This document shows positions 1-12,773 of a stretch of 64,000 nt of DNA, piece by piece; position 1 is the first letter of the stretch, and each line of letters opens with the position of its first letter. This stretch comes from Ministeria vibrans ATCC 50519 (lineage: Eukaryota; Protista; Filasterea). Under the pieces are notes generated by a model that saw only the letters and a list, made by a program, of their open reading frames with translations, ran no database searches and was not told the origin of the DNA. A program made the position numbers and the translations under genes. Where the stretch lies: the NCBI GenBank assembly GCA_943704425.1, contig CALSCP010002175.1, forward strand, positions 62,001-126,000. Reading direction: 5' to 3'.

Positions 1-1347
1 CACTCGGGTAGGAGACAAGTGGTTCCGTCGTCGAGCGGGGACTTGGCAGCTCGATGGCAGTAAAATTTTACCCCCAAACATAGTAAACAAATACCTGAAC
101 CCGGAACGCTTGATGTTGGCTGCGTTAGCAGGAGATGTGCCGTGGAACAGCGTGAGAACTTTGCCGGCGTGTCCCTTTGTTTCAACGGTGGGCCTTATGA
201 AACAACAACAAAAGGCGCAGCATCAATAGAAGTCGGAGAAAGGGATGACAAAACTTGTATTGTTACTGTGAACTTGTACTGCTGTCTCGACACGTTTTGC
301 CACAGAAGGCAGAGTACTTGAGCGTCTTTGTGTCAAGGTAGCAGGGACGTGTGCAGCCGCTGCGGGAGCACGGTGGCGCAGGAGCGGCCGAGGCCGAGGT
401 CGCAGCGCTGGAAGTGGCGAGCGGACGCCCAAGGTTGGAGAGAGGGTTGGTAGCTGTCGTTGTGGTCGTCGCTTTGCCAGCTGGCGATGAGGTCGACTGC
501 GAGAAGGCACCTACAAAGCTGTAAAGTCAGAAAAAGATTCATTGCGCCTGATAGATATGTGTGAACCTCGAGATGTGAGGCCACGTTCGCGTGCTTCGGT
601 ACTGTGCTTGACGCCACAACACTCGTGCTGCCGCCCATTGCTGTCGACAAAAGGAGGGCGAGTGCAACCGGGCAGCAGACACTCAGTGGGCTTTGCGTCG
701 CCGCCTGTCGTCTTTCGTTGTCCCTTTCCACCACCACCACCACCACCACCACCACCAGGTGTCGACTTGAAGCACTCCTGGCACCAACCTTTTCCATTGG
801 AAGTCGGGTTTTTGAGACACTACACGTGTAGAAGTAACGGGTGAGAGGGCGGTTGAGAGAAACCCCAAGAACGAACCTTGGTGCAAACTCCTTTCTTTTT
901 AGTCATTGCATGACACGCTGTACACATGTTGGCGTTTGCTTCCATACCGCACTTCTGGTGGCACTGTCGGCAGCTCCAGCCGGCGGGGTCGTCCTTGATC
1001 TTTTCCTTTGGCACATTCGATAGTGGGAAGTACAGCGGCAATAGCTTTTTGTAAGCATCTGATGAGATATCGTCAAACGTGACAAACACAACCCGCTGTA
1101 AAGAGAGAATAAATGAAAGAAAGAACACGTAAGACGGAGAAACAATGCGAGAAAAAATCATTTCTGACAAGTTGAGATCGCTGCAAGAAGAGACGCACAA
1201 CAGACATAGCAATGCGCGCGGCCTTGTCGGTGGGGAAGCCATACACTCCAGTTGAGATGCAGGGGAACGCCTAAGAAACAAACACGCAAGAGATTGAGGA
1301 TCTTCTTTCGTCCATGTACCACAAACACACACACACACACACACACA

Positions 1348-1429
<82 letters not shown>

Positions 1430-3074
1430 CACGTACAATGGATTGCGCATTCTTCTTGACAGCAAGCTCAAGACAGTTGATGTAGCACTTGGCGAGGTTG
1501 TGCGTGGCGTTTGGCTCGTGGCCCTGTGGACCAACCGTGTGAAAGATAGCCTTGAGGTGCTTGAGACGGTAGGGCTTTGTATCACATGCACTGCCGACGG
1601 GACAGCGGTCGCCGTTTGAATTTGTGGACTTTTTTTGACACTCTTTTAGCAGCTGCGGACCGGCGGCTGCGTGGATCTGCGCAAATCACACAAGCACAGA
1701 AAAACCCCCAAAAAAGGGAGAAGAGAGAAGTAGTGATTAGTGATCCAAACAACAGAAATGGTTGCAACTTACAGCGCCATCTACGCCCCCTCCACCTACA
1801 AGACGGGCGTTGGCGGCATTGACAATGATGTCAACGTCAACCTTTGTGATATCCGTCTTGAAGACGGTCACGAAGCCATTGAGGTCTGGACGGAACTGCG
1901 CATATGCAAAAGATGTCTGGTGGTTGGCGGGATTGATGCTGGCATCGCCCCACCAGAGCGGCACGGCAACACAGCCCGACGAAGAAGCCGCTGTTGCTGC
2001 CTTGCTCAACGCCACCGGCTTGCTGTCAGTGGTGCTCGTGGATGATGCGGGTACGCGGCGGCCATGTTCCGACTGATCGCAACCACAGTACTCGCACTCA
2101 GTCGAATTTACCATGGGGTGAAAGGTGGGGCAAGAGCACCCGGGTCTAAAACAAGGGAGTTTGACGGGAGGAGTGTTGCCACGACCGTGGCTTGCTTGGC
2201 TGTGTTGACAAGCGTCACACACGGCCATGCCAGCGCGAGCAGTAAACGTGGGACACGAGCACATTGCCTGACGACAAGGGAGAGAAATATTGTCGGATGA
2301 GGGCGGGAAACGCTTGGTGGACGCAGTGCTTGTGGTGGAAGACGAGACAGTTGACGATACAGCAGGCGAGGCAGCAGCAGTCGAGGTCGCGGTAGTCGGA
2401 GCAGCAGGAGACGGGGTGGCGGTAGTCCCAGCAGAGAGAGAGGAGTTTGGCTGCACGGTGGGCTCCACGGGAGGCGTGGCAGTCGCGCGTAGGCTCGCGC
2501 ACGTCTCTTTCAGATTATTGCGAGCCTCTTTGAGGGAACCTATTTCTTGCTTCTGCTCCTGAATGATCTCATTCAGGCGTTTCACTTCCTCCCGCGTCGC
2601 TCGCAAATCTTGCTGCGACTGCTCCGCCCACTCCCGTGATTGCGCCTGTTGAGCTTGCATCATCTGAAGCATTGTGTTTGTTGCATCGTGCGATACCGCA
2701 GAAGCGGCGGATGGAATTGCTGCTGGTGGTGGTGCTGTTGATGTTGGTGTTGTTGTTGCTGTTGTTGTTGTTGTTGCTGTTGCTGATGTTGGTGTTGTCG
2801 GTGGAGTCTTACGATTCAACTCAAGAGACCCATCCGAGTCCACTGTAGGGAACACCGGCTGCGGCGACTCCGCTGCGTACGGAGGAGGCGGCGTGTCGAC
2901 GGGACAGTGTCGCTGCGACCCCTCCACGCTCTCCACACCCACCCGCGCGTGCTGTGCCGGCTTGCAGCCGCACGTGCAGCATCGGAGCGAGCTTCCGTCG
3001 GCCGGAGCAACATAGTCCTGGCACTGGTTGCACTGGCACGCCCCGAGAAACGCTCCTGTGACATCCTTTCCCAT
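1..3074 (-). CDS. Multi-exon, 3'-partial protein: three Cys/His modules, coiled coil, MacroD-type macrodomain, zinc fingers, start of an ART (PARP-like) domain
   Basis: Spliced translation gives [28 protein letters not shown]|[13 protein letters not shown]...IFHTVGP...[12 protein letters not shown]...SI|[13 protein letters not shown], the MacroD signature (~1170-1860). Fingers CLLPGCTRP...HECCGVKH and [10 protein letters not shown]...FCGKTC follow. [21 protein letters not shown] lies at ~95-165. Introns are GT-AG and the gene runs off the window edge. Confidence 0.85.
1325..1424. repeat. (CA)n microsatellite, intronic
   Basis: Direct inspection. Confidence 0.95.
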
Positions 3075-3619
3075 TGTTGATCTTTCATGAACAACCCCAA
3101 CAGACGAAAAAAAAAAAAAAAAGAAGAAAAAAAAAGAAGAGAAAAAAAAGACACTGTGAGATCAAAAGCTGTGCACTCATAGCGGTAAATGGTCACTATT
3201 GCGCCATGTGTGTCCTATCCACATGTGCGTGTAACGAGTGGGAATGAACGTAAAAAGAAAAAGAAAAAAAAAAGTTTCCCCCAAAAACAAACTATGTCGT
3301 CTTGTGCGGCATTGGCTGCCCCCACGATACCGCCTTAAAGCGTATATCGTATATGTGGTAAAGCCTGTCGATTTTATGTTTCACTTTTGAGATAAAACAC
3401 ACAAAAACAAAAACAGGCCAGATAGGCCCTGCCGACGCTACTTCCAGTGTGCTACAGCTCACTTACTCGCTAATCTATCCAATATGATAATAATGAAAAA
3501 GAATGCAATTTCAATCGAAAATTCGATAAAATCGATAAAATCGATTTTTTTCCGACGTTTTTTTTATTATTATCGGGTGAAATAAGTGAAATACGTGAAT
3601 AAACACACTCAAATCTGTT

Positions 3620-5228
3620 ATGCTTTCAAAGTGCACCAAATGTCGGGAGTGTACTCGGTTCATAGACAGTTCGGGCGGTGGCACATGCGTCTGCGGCTGT
3701 TCTCGACTCTTCCACTTGCCCTTCTTGGGCCGTTGTGTCTTTTCTGACTGTCCCGAGCATACGTTTCTCAGCGGCGATGTGTGGAACGAGTGCGGGTACT
3801 GCGATCACTCTTATGAGATGCACTGTGAGCCTGAACGCCGCGTGGATTTGCAAGGAGTGGTCGACGACGAACTCGATCGTTCGTCCAGCTCCGAACCACA
3901 CTCCGCCGCTGCCGCTGCCGCTGCCGCTGCAGCCGAGGCAGACGTGTCTTTGCATCTTGCGCTGTTCTCGTGCAGCGAGTGCGCGCATGAGCAGTCGCTG
4001 CATTTTGAGCGTCTGTCGACAGTCTGCTCAAAATGCAATCACCATTGCTCCTCTCACCACAGACAAGCGAACGAGCGCCTCCTTCGCTGTGCAGCCTGCT
4101 CTCTGGACGAGGCATCTCACAAGGCGCTCCACGACCCCTCTGATCCGTTTGCGTGTGACTACTGCGGACATGCTCTGGCAGACCACAGCGACGCCCCTGC
4201 CCCTGCACCAGCCCAGGACGACTTCTTCGCGCCAACGTCGCAAGCGTCTGGACTACTGGAGGGCAGCCAGACGCGTTGCTCCAAGCCATCCGGAGCATCC
4301 AGATCGTACGCGTCAGCAGCGGCAACGTCGTCTCAAGACTGCGCCAAGTGCAGGCAGCGAGCAGCGAACCCAGGCCGCCCGTGGTGTCAACAATGCTTCG
4401 CGCAGCAGAGCCAGAAGCCAACCTCGCCCCCTCCAGACCGCTCGCATTCCAGCAGTGTCTCGTCGCACTCTCAGTCAGTCTGCAGTCTTGTTGCTGACGA
4501 CTTCAGGAAGGGCATCAAGAGGAGGGTGGTGGGGGCGCTCGGCTTCGGCTCTGACAGTTGTGTCTTCAGTGAAAAGTGTACCCTCCCGCTTGCAGACGAC
4601 TCCAACGGCAATCGTCTAACGATGTGCAGCAACCACGGTATTTTTATAATACTAATATTACAATGAAAGAACAATGAAACCCCCTAATTCCTTTCCGCTG
4701 TATAATTATAGCGCCGCGCTGCAACTTCTTCGGGTGCGAGAAACTCTGCATTCGGGAGAATTACAAGTACCATGACTTTTGCTCACGCTACCACGCGAAA
4801 AACTTTAAGCCATTCTTCGCGCAAAATTTCCTGAAACAAGACGACATTCCATCGAGCTTCCAGTTTACAGCCGTGTGCAATGTGCTCAGCCGCCGCTTAC
4901 TACGCTCCAAAACGAACGACCTTCACATTGTCTTCTTTGTCCTACACTGTCAGTGTCCGCGCACCGGCATCATCTGTACTGAAGGCATTGGATGTTCGCT
5001 GTGTAACATGGTGCGCACAGGCAAGGTGCCCCGCTCGGCCATACCGACGCCGCTTCACCGCTGCGTTCGCGGCGATTTCCATTTCGGGCGCATTTTGGTG
5101 GTCTGCGAGACGGAATTCTATGTAAGAGTATGGTTTTTTGATAAATTTAGTGATGCTTATGATCTCTCTCTCTCTCTCTCTCTACTCTGTTTTTCTCTCT
5201 CTCTACTTCGTTTCTCTCTCTCTACTTC

Positions 5229-5295
<67 letters not shown>

Positions 5296-5310
5296 CCTAT
5301 CACTTTTTTT

Positions 5311-5390
<80 letters not shown>

Positions 5391-5391
5391 T

Positions 5392-5437
<46 letters not shown>

Positions 5438-5447
5438 NNNNNNNNNN

Positions 5448-5544
<97 letters not shown>

Positions 5545-5759
5545 CTCTCTCTCTCTCTCTACTTTGTTTCTCTCTCTCTCTCTCTACTTTGTTTCTCTCT
5601 CTCTATCTCTCTCTCAAAAATCTCTCTCTCTTTTTCTTCTCTTCTTTCTTTCTTTCTTTTCTTTCTCTTTGTTTTTCTTTCTTGCTCTTGTTTTCTCTCT
5701 TGTGTGGGTAAAAGATGCACCACGACCCGGTTTACAGTGTCATTGGAGTGCTGGGCTGA
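3620..5759 (+). CDS. Cys/His-rich multi-zinc-finger protein with a putative degenerate ART-like C-terminus (paralogue of 14096-15800)
   Basis: Exon 1 MLSKCTKCRECTRF...MCSNH; exon 2 APRCNFFGC...HDFCSRYHA...CPRTGIICTEGIGCSLCNMVRTG...LVVCETEFY; inferred last exon MHHDPVYSVIGVLG* (~5715-5759), which matches the paralogue's VNKDDRYCVIGVLR*. Confidence 0.75.
5163..5620. repeat. (CT)n microsatellite tract, intronic, containing a 10-N gap at 5438-5447
   Basis: Direct inspection. Confidence 0.9.
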
Positions 5760-5909
5760 ATTCAATAAAATATACAACTATTTCTTCCTCCGATTCGATT
5801 CGTCTATTCAACCTTGGATCATTGCTTGTTTGTTTCAGTTTTTCTTTCATTCTGATATACAAATTGATGTCTGTGCGTATGTATGTGTGTGTGGGAGAGA
5901 GGGGGATAC

Positions 5910-7636
5910 TTAAGGAGCAACATAACAGAAGACATAGCGGGGAAGGCAGGCGTCCTCGCGGTACACAACAACCTCATCGTGGTTGAGATTGCCCACCGTG
6001 GCATTTTTGACCTCGCCCAGAACCGAGTCGCATCCGTCGGGCGGTGCAGTCAGTGTCAGTGCGTCTTGTTGTAGTCGCTTGCCGTTTCCCACGACCACTT
6101 TGGCCAGCAGAACCCGTCGCACTTTCTTCCCCGTATCAAGTACCGTCTCCGCCCTATTATATATTATTGGTAATGTAAGATAAACACTTTCCTCTCTCTC
6201 TCTCTATTACGTTTCTCTATTACTTTCACTCTCTATCACTTTGTTCTCTCTCTGTCACGTTGCTGATTCTCTCTCTATCACTTTTTTCTTTCTCCATCAC
6301 TTTGTTCTTTCTCTCTCTGTCACTTTGTTCTTTCTCTCTTTCTTTCTCTCTTTTTCTCTGTCACTTTGTTTCTTTCCCCTCTCCTTTCTCTCTCTCTCGT
6401 ACTCATCACAGTAGTCGTTGGCCTTTCCCGACGTAGACGAGAAGTAAATGCCTCGTCCAAAGCGATCAAACCCGCGTTTGCTGCTCGCTGCTACTTTAAA
6501 GCCCCCTTCGGCAATCCGACACAGTGCACATCCGGCGTGCGCGCACAGATTGGTCGCACTTATGGATGTGCCCTAAACAACACACAACGTAGAAGACTTG
6601 GATTGATTCTATTCTTTGGACTATGGAGGTTGTGTACCATTTGACATTTAGCCGATGTCCCGTGAAACCGTCTTTGTTCATTGCCGGGCGCTCCACGGTT
6701 GTGGGTCGCGGGGTTCTTGGAGATGATCGTTTGCTTGTAGGCATCGTAGCGCGGCTCGAGGGAGCATTGGGAAATGCGAGTGATCTGAACAATCTCAGGT
6801 GCAACGCCCTTGACCCATCTCGTTTGAAACTGCTTGCACAGGGATTGGTACTGGCTGTCGCTTTTGGAGACAACGGATAGCGCTCGTGGAGGAGCTGGGG
6901 CGGGAGTAGGAACAGCGGAAATGTCGGGGCGAGGAAGCTTTTGTCGTCGATTCCACTCGTCCGCATGCGTTTTCCCGCAACACTCGTACGATTCACCACC
7001 GTCCTTTTGAAAACGCGGTTTACGGCAGCCTGCAACTTTGCAAACGATAAAGCCAAGCGCGTTCTTCTCTTGTGTGTCTTCTTGGCGATGCTTTGGCGTG
7101 CAAAAGAGATAGGGGATTTGCGGCGTGCGCATGCGACACGGTCGGCGACACCCTGGATAGGCACAGACGGGCTCTCTCTTCGACTTCCGCGACGACTCGG
7201 GCGGCGGGTCGTGGAATCGCCTGGGAGTGGTGGTCTCACTCTCATCCTCCATGAGCGACCACTCCAGTCCGTCGTGTCCATCCTCCGCCTCTTCGTCCTC
7301 ATCACAGTCCAAGAGACTCAAACGACCAACCCCATCCTCCTCCTCCTCGTCGTCGTCGTCGTCATCGTCGTCATCGTCCAAGTCCACATCCTCCTCGTCG
7401 TCGTCGTCGTCGTCCGAGCCCTCCTCCGCGTCGTCCGAGTCCTCTTCGTCGTCTTCCTCCGCCGCTCCGTCGTCGCAAAGAGAATCCCCGCTCCCTGCAA
7501 ACACCTCGGCAGGGACCACCTCCATGTGCTTCGCTGGCGCATGTGTACACTGGCACCGTACGTTTCCCGGCGCAGTCGTGAACTGCGGACACGCACATTG
7601 GGTGCAATGGCCGCGAACAACTCCTTGGCAGTCCAT
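5910..7636 (-). CDS. ADP-ribosyltransferase (ARTD/PARP-like, H-Y-E) with N-terminal Cys/His module, acidic tract and two CxxxGC..CxxxH fingers
   Basis: MDCQGVVRGHCTQCAC...; GNEQRRFHGTSAKCQM|GTSISATNLCAHAGCALCRIAEGGF...FDRFGRGIYFSSTSGKANDY|...RRVLLAKVVVG...PPDGCDSVLG...LNHDEVVVYREDACLPRYVFCY; three exons. Confidence 0.9.
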
Positions 7637-7857
7637 TGGGAAAAAAATGGAAAAAGAAGGGAAAAAAACGAACACAGAGAGAAGAATAGGGAGCCTCAAG
7701 GCTAGGAGGGAGGGAAGAAAGAGTGGGTGGGGGCGGTGGGGGGTGGAGAGGAGGAAGGAGCACTCTGAACAAGAAAGTTGAGAGGGTGAATTATTATTGT
7801 TAGTGTAAGAAAAATAAACACAGTCGAAGATAATCAACGAATTGATTACTTTTTAAT

Positions 7858-9336
7858 ATGGCGTCCTACGACTCTATGGGGATTCAACGGGGCAAGTGTA
7901 CAAAATGGTAAGAGGACGACGAGAGAGCGAGAGGGATGTAACACTCTCAAAAACGTCTCTCTCTCTCTCTCACTCTCTCTCTCTCTCTCTCCCATTCCGC
8001 AGCTCATGCTCCATCTTCCAACGTGTGCCCGACGGCGTTCGGTGTTCATGCCAGCATACGCCGGTGGCGCATGTCAACGTAAGTGCGATGGTCCTTCTGC
8101 GTCGATGTCAAGACGGAATGTGTTGGGGTGTTTTGACAGGTCGATGAGTGCGAGACAGCCAGCGCAGTCCATGCGCACAGCAGCCATGCAGGTGCCTCGC
8201 CACAAGCCCCGTTCAGGTCGCTCCTGGACGACGGCGACAACGACAACGGCGCCCGCAACAGCGCATACGGCGCAGAGAGACAGTCCTTCTCCCGTTCCGC
8301 TCCCTCACCCAGCTCTCACTCCGCCTCCCACTATTCTCCGCCCGCTGCGCGCAAGGCTCCCCATAATCTATCACCCATACTCTTCTATCGCCGAGGTGAA
8401 CCCTACTTTGAATTCACCAACTTTTATGCGGGAAAGCCAGTGAGACAAGTTGAGTCCTTTGAGCTCTGTGACTGAACTACGTATGACGTTGCTGCTAGAT
8501 TGTGATCGACGGTCTGTCGTGGCCCACCAGCGAGCACTACTTTCAAGCAATGAAGTTTCCTGATACAGCTTTATCGACCCGTGAACACGTCCGGTGAGTA
8601 GATCACACACACACACACACACACAGAATTATACATAATGAGACTGTGTTTTCACAGGAGCGCTCCGACTGTGAGTGAGGCAGTTGCGCGTGCTCGCAAA
8701 CAAGATCCTTCGTTGGTTGTGCGGGGGTGGAGGACTCGCAAGATGGTCGTGATGAAACGGGCTCTCTTCGAAAAGGTTCACATTTCTCTCTCTTGATTGA
8801 CTTTGACAGTATCTCTTGTACAGTTCTGTGATCCGTCACTACGTCAAGTGCTACTGGACACACATGATGATAAGCTTGTTGAGGACTCACCAACGGATGC
8901 GTTTTGGGGCGGGGGAGCAGATGGACGGTAAGTGAGTGAGTGAATCCATGGAATATGTCAGCGTGATAGTGAGCGTTCGTACGAGAGTAAATGCAACAGT
9001 GAATTCGAGTGGTAGTGACTCGCACGATTGCGTTTTATTTTAACTTCTACAGAGGAGAGAATCAAATGGGAAAAATGCTCATGGAAGTGCGGAAAGTGCT
9101 CAGGGAGAGACGAGAAGGGGAGGAAATGGGACGATTGGACAAGATTCTGGCTCAGTATGTGCAGGAAGACCGAGAGAGGGAAGAACAAGAGTACTCTGAA
9201 AAGGTATGTGACGACCTGAGAGGAAACAGTTCTGTTTGTTGTGTATGTGTGTTTATTTTGTTTTTTTTTCTGTTTTGTGTAGAGAAGAGCTCTTGAGAGT
9301 GAGATCAGACGATTAGAACAACACGAAACTGAGTAA
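7858..9336 (+). CDS. NADAR/YbiA-family protein with N-terminal Cys/His module and C-terminal coiled coil (NADAR-1)
   Basis: Spliced: MASYDSMGIQRGKCTKC|SCSIFQRVPDGVRCSCQHTPVAH...PILFYRRGEPYFEFTNFYAGKP|IVIDGLSWPTSEHYFQAMKF...MKRALFEK|FCDPSLRQVLLDT...LVEDSPTDAFWGGGADG|GENQMGKMLMEVR...HETE*. Confidence 0.9.
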
Positions 9337-9462
9337 ACACATTTGAATAATCTCAACAGGATTGCCTTTGTGTCGATCAAATAGAAACAATATGAAGTGA
9401 TAATACTTTTTTTTCGTCAATTTCATTATGGGTGCGCAATACAATTAATTTTATATTGCGCT

Positions 9463-10647
9463 CTACTGCTCGGGAGGCGGTGTAAATTCGTAAGTGACAT
9501 ACTGTATAGGAAGTGCGGCTGACGGACTGTACACAACATATTCATCATAGTTGAGATCCACTCCTGGTTTGCCATACACAGAGTGGAATCCCTAAGCAAA
9601 GACAGAGATAGGATGAATAAAGAAACAGAGCATAGAGAGAAAGGAGTGAAAAAGAAACAAAGCATAAAGAGAGAGAGTGCTTAGACACACGCAGAACTCC
9701 ATCGAATCCTAGTCTCACCTTTGGAGGTCCGTCCAGGTCCACTGCGGTCTTCTGTAGATCATACTGCTTTCCGAGAAGCACCCTTGCAATAAACATCCCT
9801 CTGATGCGCCGGTGCGGCTTGCTTCCCCTGACTTCACTCCTGCACACAATAGTATTATATGCAGAAGTCGCTGATTTCATGGAAGAAGTATACGTTACAC
9901 TTACCCTTCCGAGTAGTCGTGTGCTTTGCTTGAGGTGCGAGTGAAGTAAAGCGCTCGTCCAAACCGATCAAACTTGCCATCAACTCCTTCGCGTACACGC
10001 ATGCCGTGGTGGATGATGCGACACGCAACACACCCGTCATAGCTGCACAGCGCTGGCTCACTTTGCGTGTCGAGACCCAGCGAGCACAGTCGAGTTGTGC
10101 CGTGGAAGCGTCGTTTACTGTTCCCACGTCCCGCATGCTTGCCGTCCGGCTTGACTCCCTCCTCAACCAACGCATCCTGGCACATTTCCCAGCGATCTTG
10201 CACCGCATCGTTGTGAATCCGCAGCACCGACCGCACACGAACGTCTGTGCCGCGCTCCTCCCCGTGCGCCCACTGCCGCTTAAAATACGCCTCCACGTCC
10301 GCCACCGTCTCCTGCGACGCCCACCACACCCCGCACCAGTTGAGCCCCAGCCCGCCCTTCGGCAGGAGCAGTGCGGACGGAATGCTTCCCTGTGCGCCTC
10401 TCTCAAAAATCCGCCCGTGCAACTCCGAGCAAAACTCATGCGTCTTTGTGACGCTCCCGCGGACGAGCTTCACTTTTCGACGGCAGCCCGCCAGTCTGCA
10501 GGGGTCTCGGACGGCGCGACGCAGCGCCTCCAAACGGCACGAATGGGAGCAATGGGCGAAGAGCGATCCGTCTTCCGCCGTCGCTCTCTCGCTCTGACGG
10601 CACACGGGACACACAGAATCCGGGATGCCCGCATGCAAGGTTGACAT
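9463..10647 (-). CDS. ADP-ribosyltransferase (ARTD/PARP-like, H-Y-E), paralogue of 5910-7636
   Basis: GNSKRRFHGTTRLCSLG...LCSYDGCVACRIIHHG...FDRFGRALYFTRTSSKAHDY|...GMFIARVLLG...PPK|GFHSVYGKPGVDLNYDEYVVYSPSAALPIQYVTY...*. The start codon is not certain. Confidence 0.9.
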
Positions 10648-10935
10648 GGCACTTGCTTATGGGTTTCACAGTGTCGAGAGGAGAAGAAAGAACGACAAAA
10701 ACTGAAACTGAAACTGTGTATTGAACTCAATCACATAGAAAATCGCACCGCACAGCAGCACGCCCAAAGCCCGCTTAGTACTTAGACTACTTTGTCTTAT
10801 AGTGCTTTTTATCACTGCAGCCGTTGATCGGATATTCAGAATTGTGTTTGCTTTGCTTTTAATATATTTCCTTTCGCTCAACACTTTCAGTATCTTTTTA
10901 CGCCCTAGTCGACTTCACTCTTTTACTTTTCTCTC

Positions 10936-12704
10936 ATGCACAAGGCCGACGTGCCTTGCGAGCAGTTTTGCCCAGGGAGCCGTGCTGTGACTTGTGAGTG
11001 CGGACATGTAAAATCCAAACACTCTCCGCCAAAGAGAACAGCCAGTCCGAATGCCTCCAAGCCCGCCACACCCACTGGCACGTATGCACAGCCACGCTCA
11101 GGTGCCGCTCCGCACGGCGCAAGGGTGCCCGATCCGTCGCCCACAGCCAAAGCAACGAGTGCGTCGTCTGCGAAAACAAGCCCCTCTCCTCTTGCCGTCA
11201 CGAGCGCCACAGCGACAGAGAACCCTTCTCGTCGAAGCACAGACACGATGCAACCTTCTTGTACGCTTGCCTTGGCTCCGCAGCAAGCAAAGTCGGAAAG
11301 TGTCTCCAGACTGGACGAGCCGACTCGCCATCTATCATCGTCTGCAGCCAAGCCAGAGTCATCGCAGACGACTCTCTCACACGCCCGGAAAGAGCCGCCA
11401 AGCCCATCATCGTCTGCAGCCAAGCCAGAGTCATCGCAGACGACTCTCTCACACGCCCGGAAAGAGCCGCCAAGCCCATCATCGTCTGCAGCCAAGCCAG
11501 AGTCATCGCAGACGACTCTCTCACACGCCCGGAAAGAGCCGCCAAGCCCATCATCGTCTGCAGCCAAGCCAGAGTCATCGCAGACGACTCTCTCACACGC
11601 CCGGAAAGAGCCGCCAAGCCCATCATCGTCTGCAGCCAAGCCAGAGTCATCGCAGACGACTCTCTCACACGCCCGGAAAGAGCCGCCAAGCCCATCATCG
11701 TCTGCAGCCAAGCCAGTGTCATCGCAGACGACTCCTTCACATGCATGGAAAGAGCCGCTAAGCCCTCCGACGTCTTTATATTCTACTCCTGCCCCATCCT
11801 ACCCTCCTTTAAGCGCCGTGCGAAGCCCCTCAGCTTTCTTCCACGGTCCTTCCCACCACAGACACACCGTCCGATTCTACGCCGAGCATTCTGGCCATTT
11901 CCCGCTCTCGAACATGTATCCATCGACCGTAAGTGACAACCGATTGATATGTGTATATTTGCTACCTCCTTTCCCATAATCTCATCGTATCTTTTTTAGT
12001 TGTACATATTTGGGTTGGCGTATGCGAGCGTTCTACACTTCTTCCAGTCGATGAAGTACGAGCACACCTATCAGTATCTCCCCCATCTGTTCCAGACCCT
12101 TCCCTCTGCGCGCGACTCTTTTACACTGTCGCGCACACACGAGCGGCACAAGCGGCCCGACTGGGAAACGGTCAAAATGCAGCTCATGGAAGATGTTCTC
12201 ATGGCAAAAGTACGCTTGCAGTGGTGCACAGCGCCGTTCCATTGACACTGCATTGTTCCTCATAGTTTACGCAGTGCGATCGGCTGAAGCAAACGCTTCT
12301 GGGCACGGGTGAACGGACGTTGGTTGAGAACTCGCCACACGACGCATTTTGGGGAGTGGGAGCACACGGACAGTAAGTCAAAGACGTAGACAAGATAGAG
12401 ACACTCAGTATGTACACATGCAGGGGACGGAATGAGCTGGGAAAGACACTGATGCGAGTGCGGACGCGCATTCGTGCGAGCGAGTACAGACGACAGAGAG
12501 GCGAGCACAGAGTGCAGAAGCTCAAGGAATTGCGCGCACAACTCAAAGCATTGGAAGTGGTCCATCGGGAACGGGTGAGTGAGAGAGTGAGACACAGAAA
12601 GAGACCCAAAAATTATGTCAATCACACTCCGTTTTTTGTTTGAATTTGTTTAGCTGAGGTATATGGACAAAAAGATTCAATATCTGCGCGACACGCGCTA
12701 TTGA
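10936..12704 (+). CDS. NADAR/YbiA-family protein with partial Cys/His module, 24-aa tandem repeats and an altered EHY motif (NADAR-2)
   Basis: PCEQFCPGSRAVTCECGHVKSKH; TVRFYAEHSGHFPLSNMYPST|LYIFGLAYASVLHFFQSMKY...KRPDWETVKMQLMEDVLMAK|FTQCDRLKQTLLGTGERTLVENSPHDAFWGVG|GRNELGKTLMRVR...|LRYMDKKIQYLRDTRY*. The 5' end may extend upstream. Confidence 0.85.
11335..11766 (+). repeat. Coding 72-bp tandem repeat, 5 identical copies plus 1 diverged copy (SSSAAKPESSQTTLSHARKEPPSP)
   Basis: Direct inspection of DNA and translation. Confidence 0.95.
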
Positions 12705-12773
12705 TGAGCGGACATGTCACATACATACACATACAAACACAACAGTGGTCATTACGTAACACAAAAGCGCCTC

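Noticed and set aside
820-1619. Poly-CV / poly-HT ORFs (also at 34112-34650, 38679-39211, 58339-58876)
   Set aside because: These are translations of intronic (CA)n microsatellites.
4873-5986. Long poly-LS ORFs (also 32718-32960)
   Set aside because: They read through (CT)n intron tracts; only 4873-5120 and ~5715-5759 are exonic.
11335-11766. 72-bp repeats as a CRISPR array
   Set aside because: There are no unique spacers, the repeat is in-frame coding sequence, and the context is eukaryotic with no cas genes.
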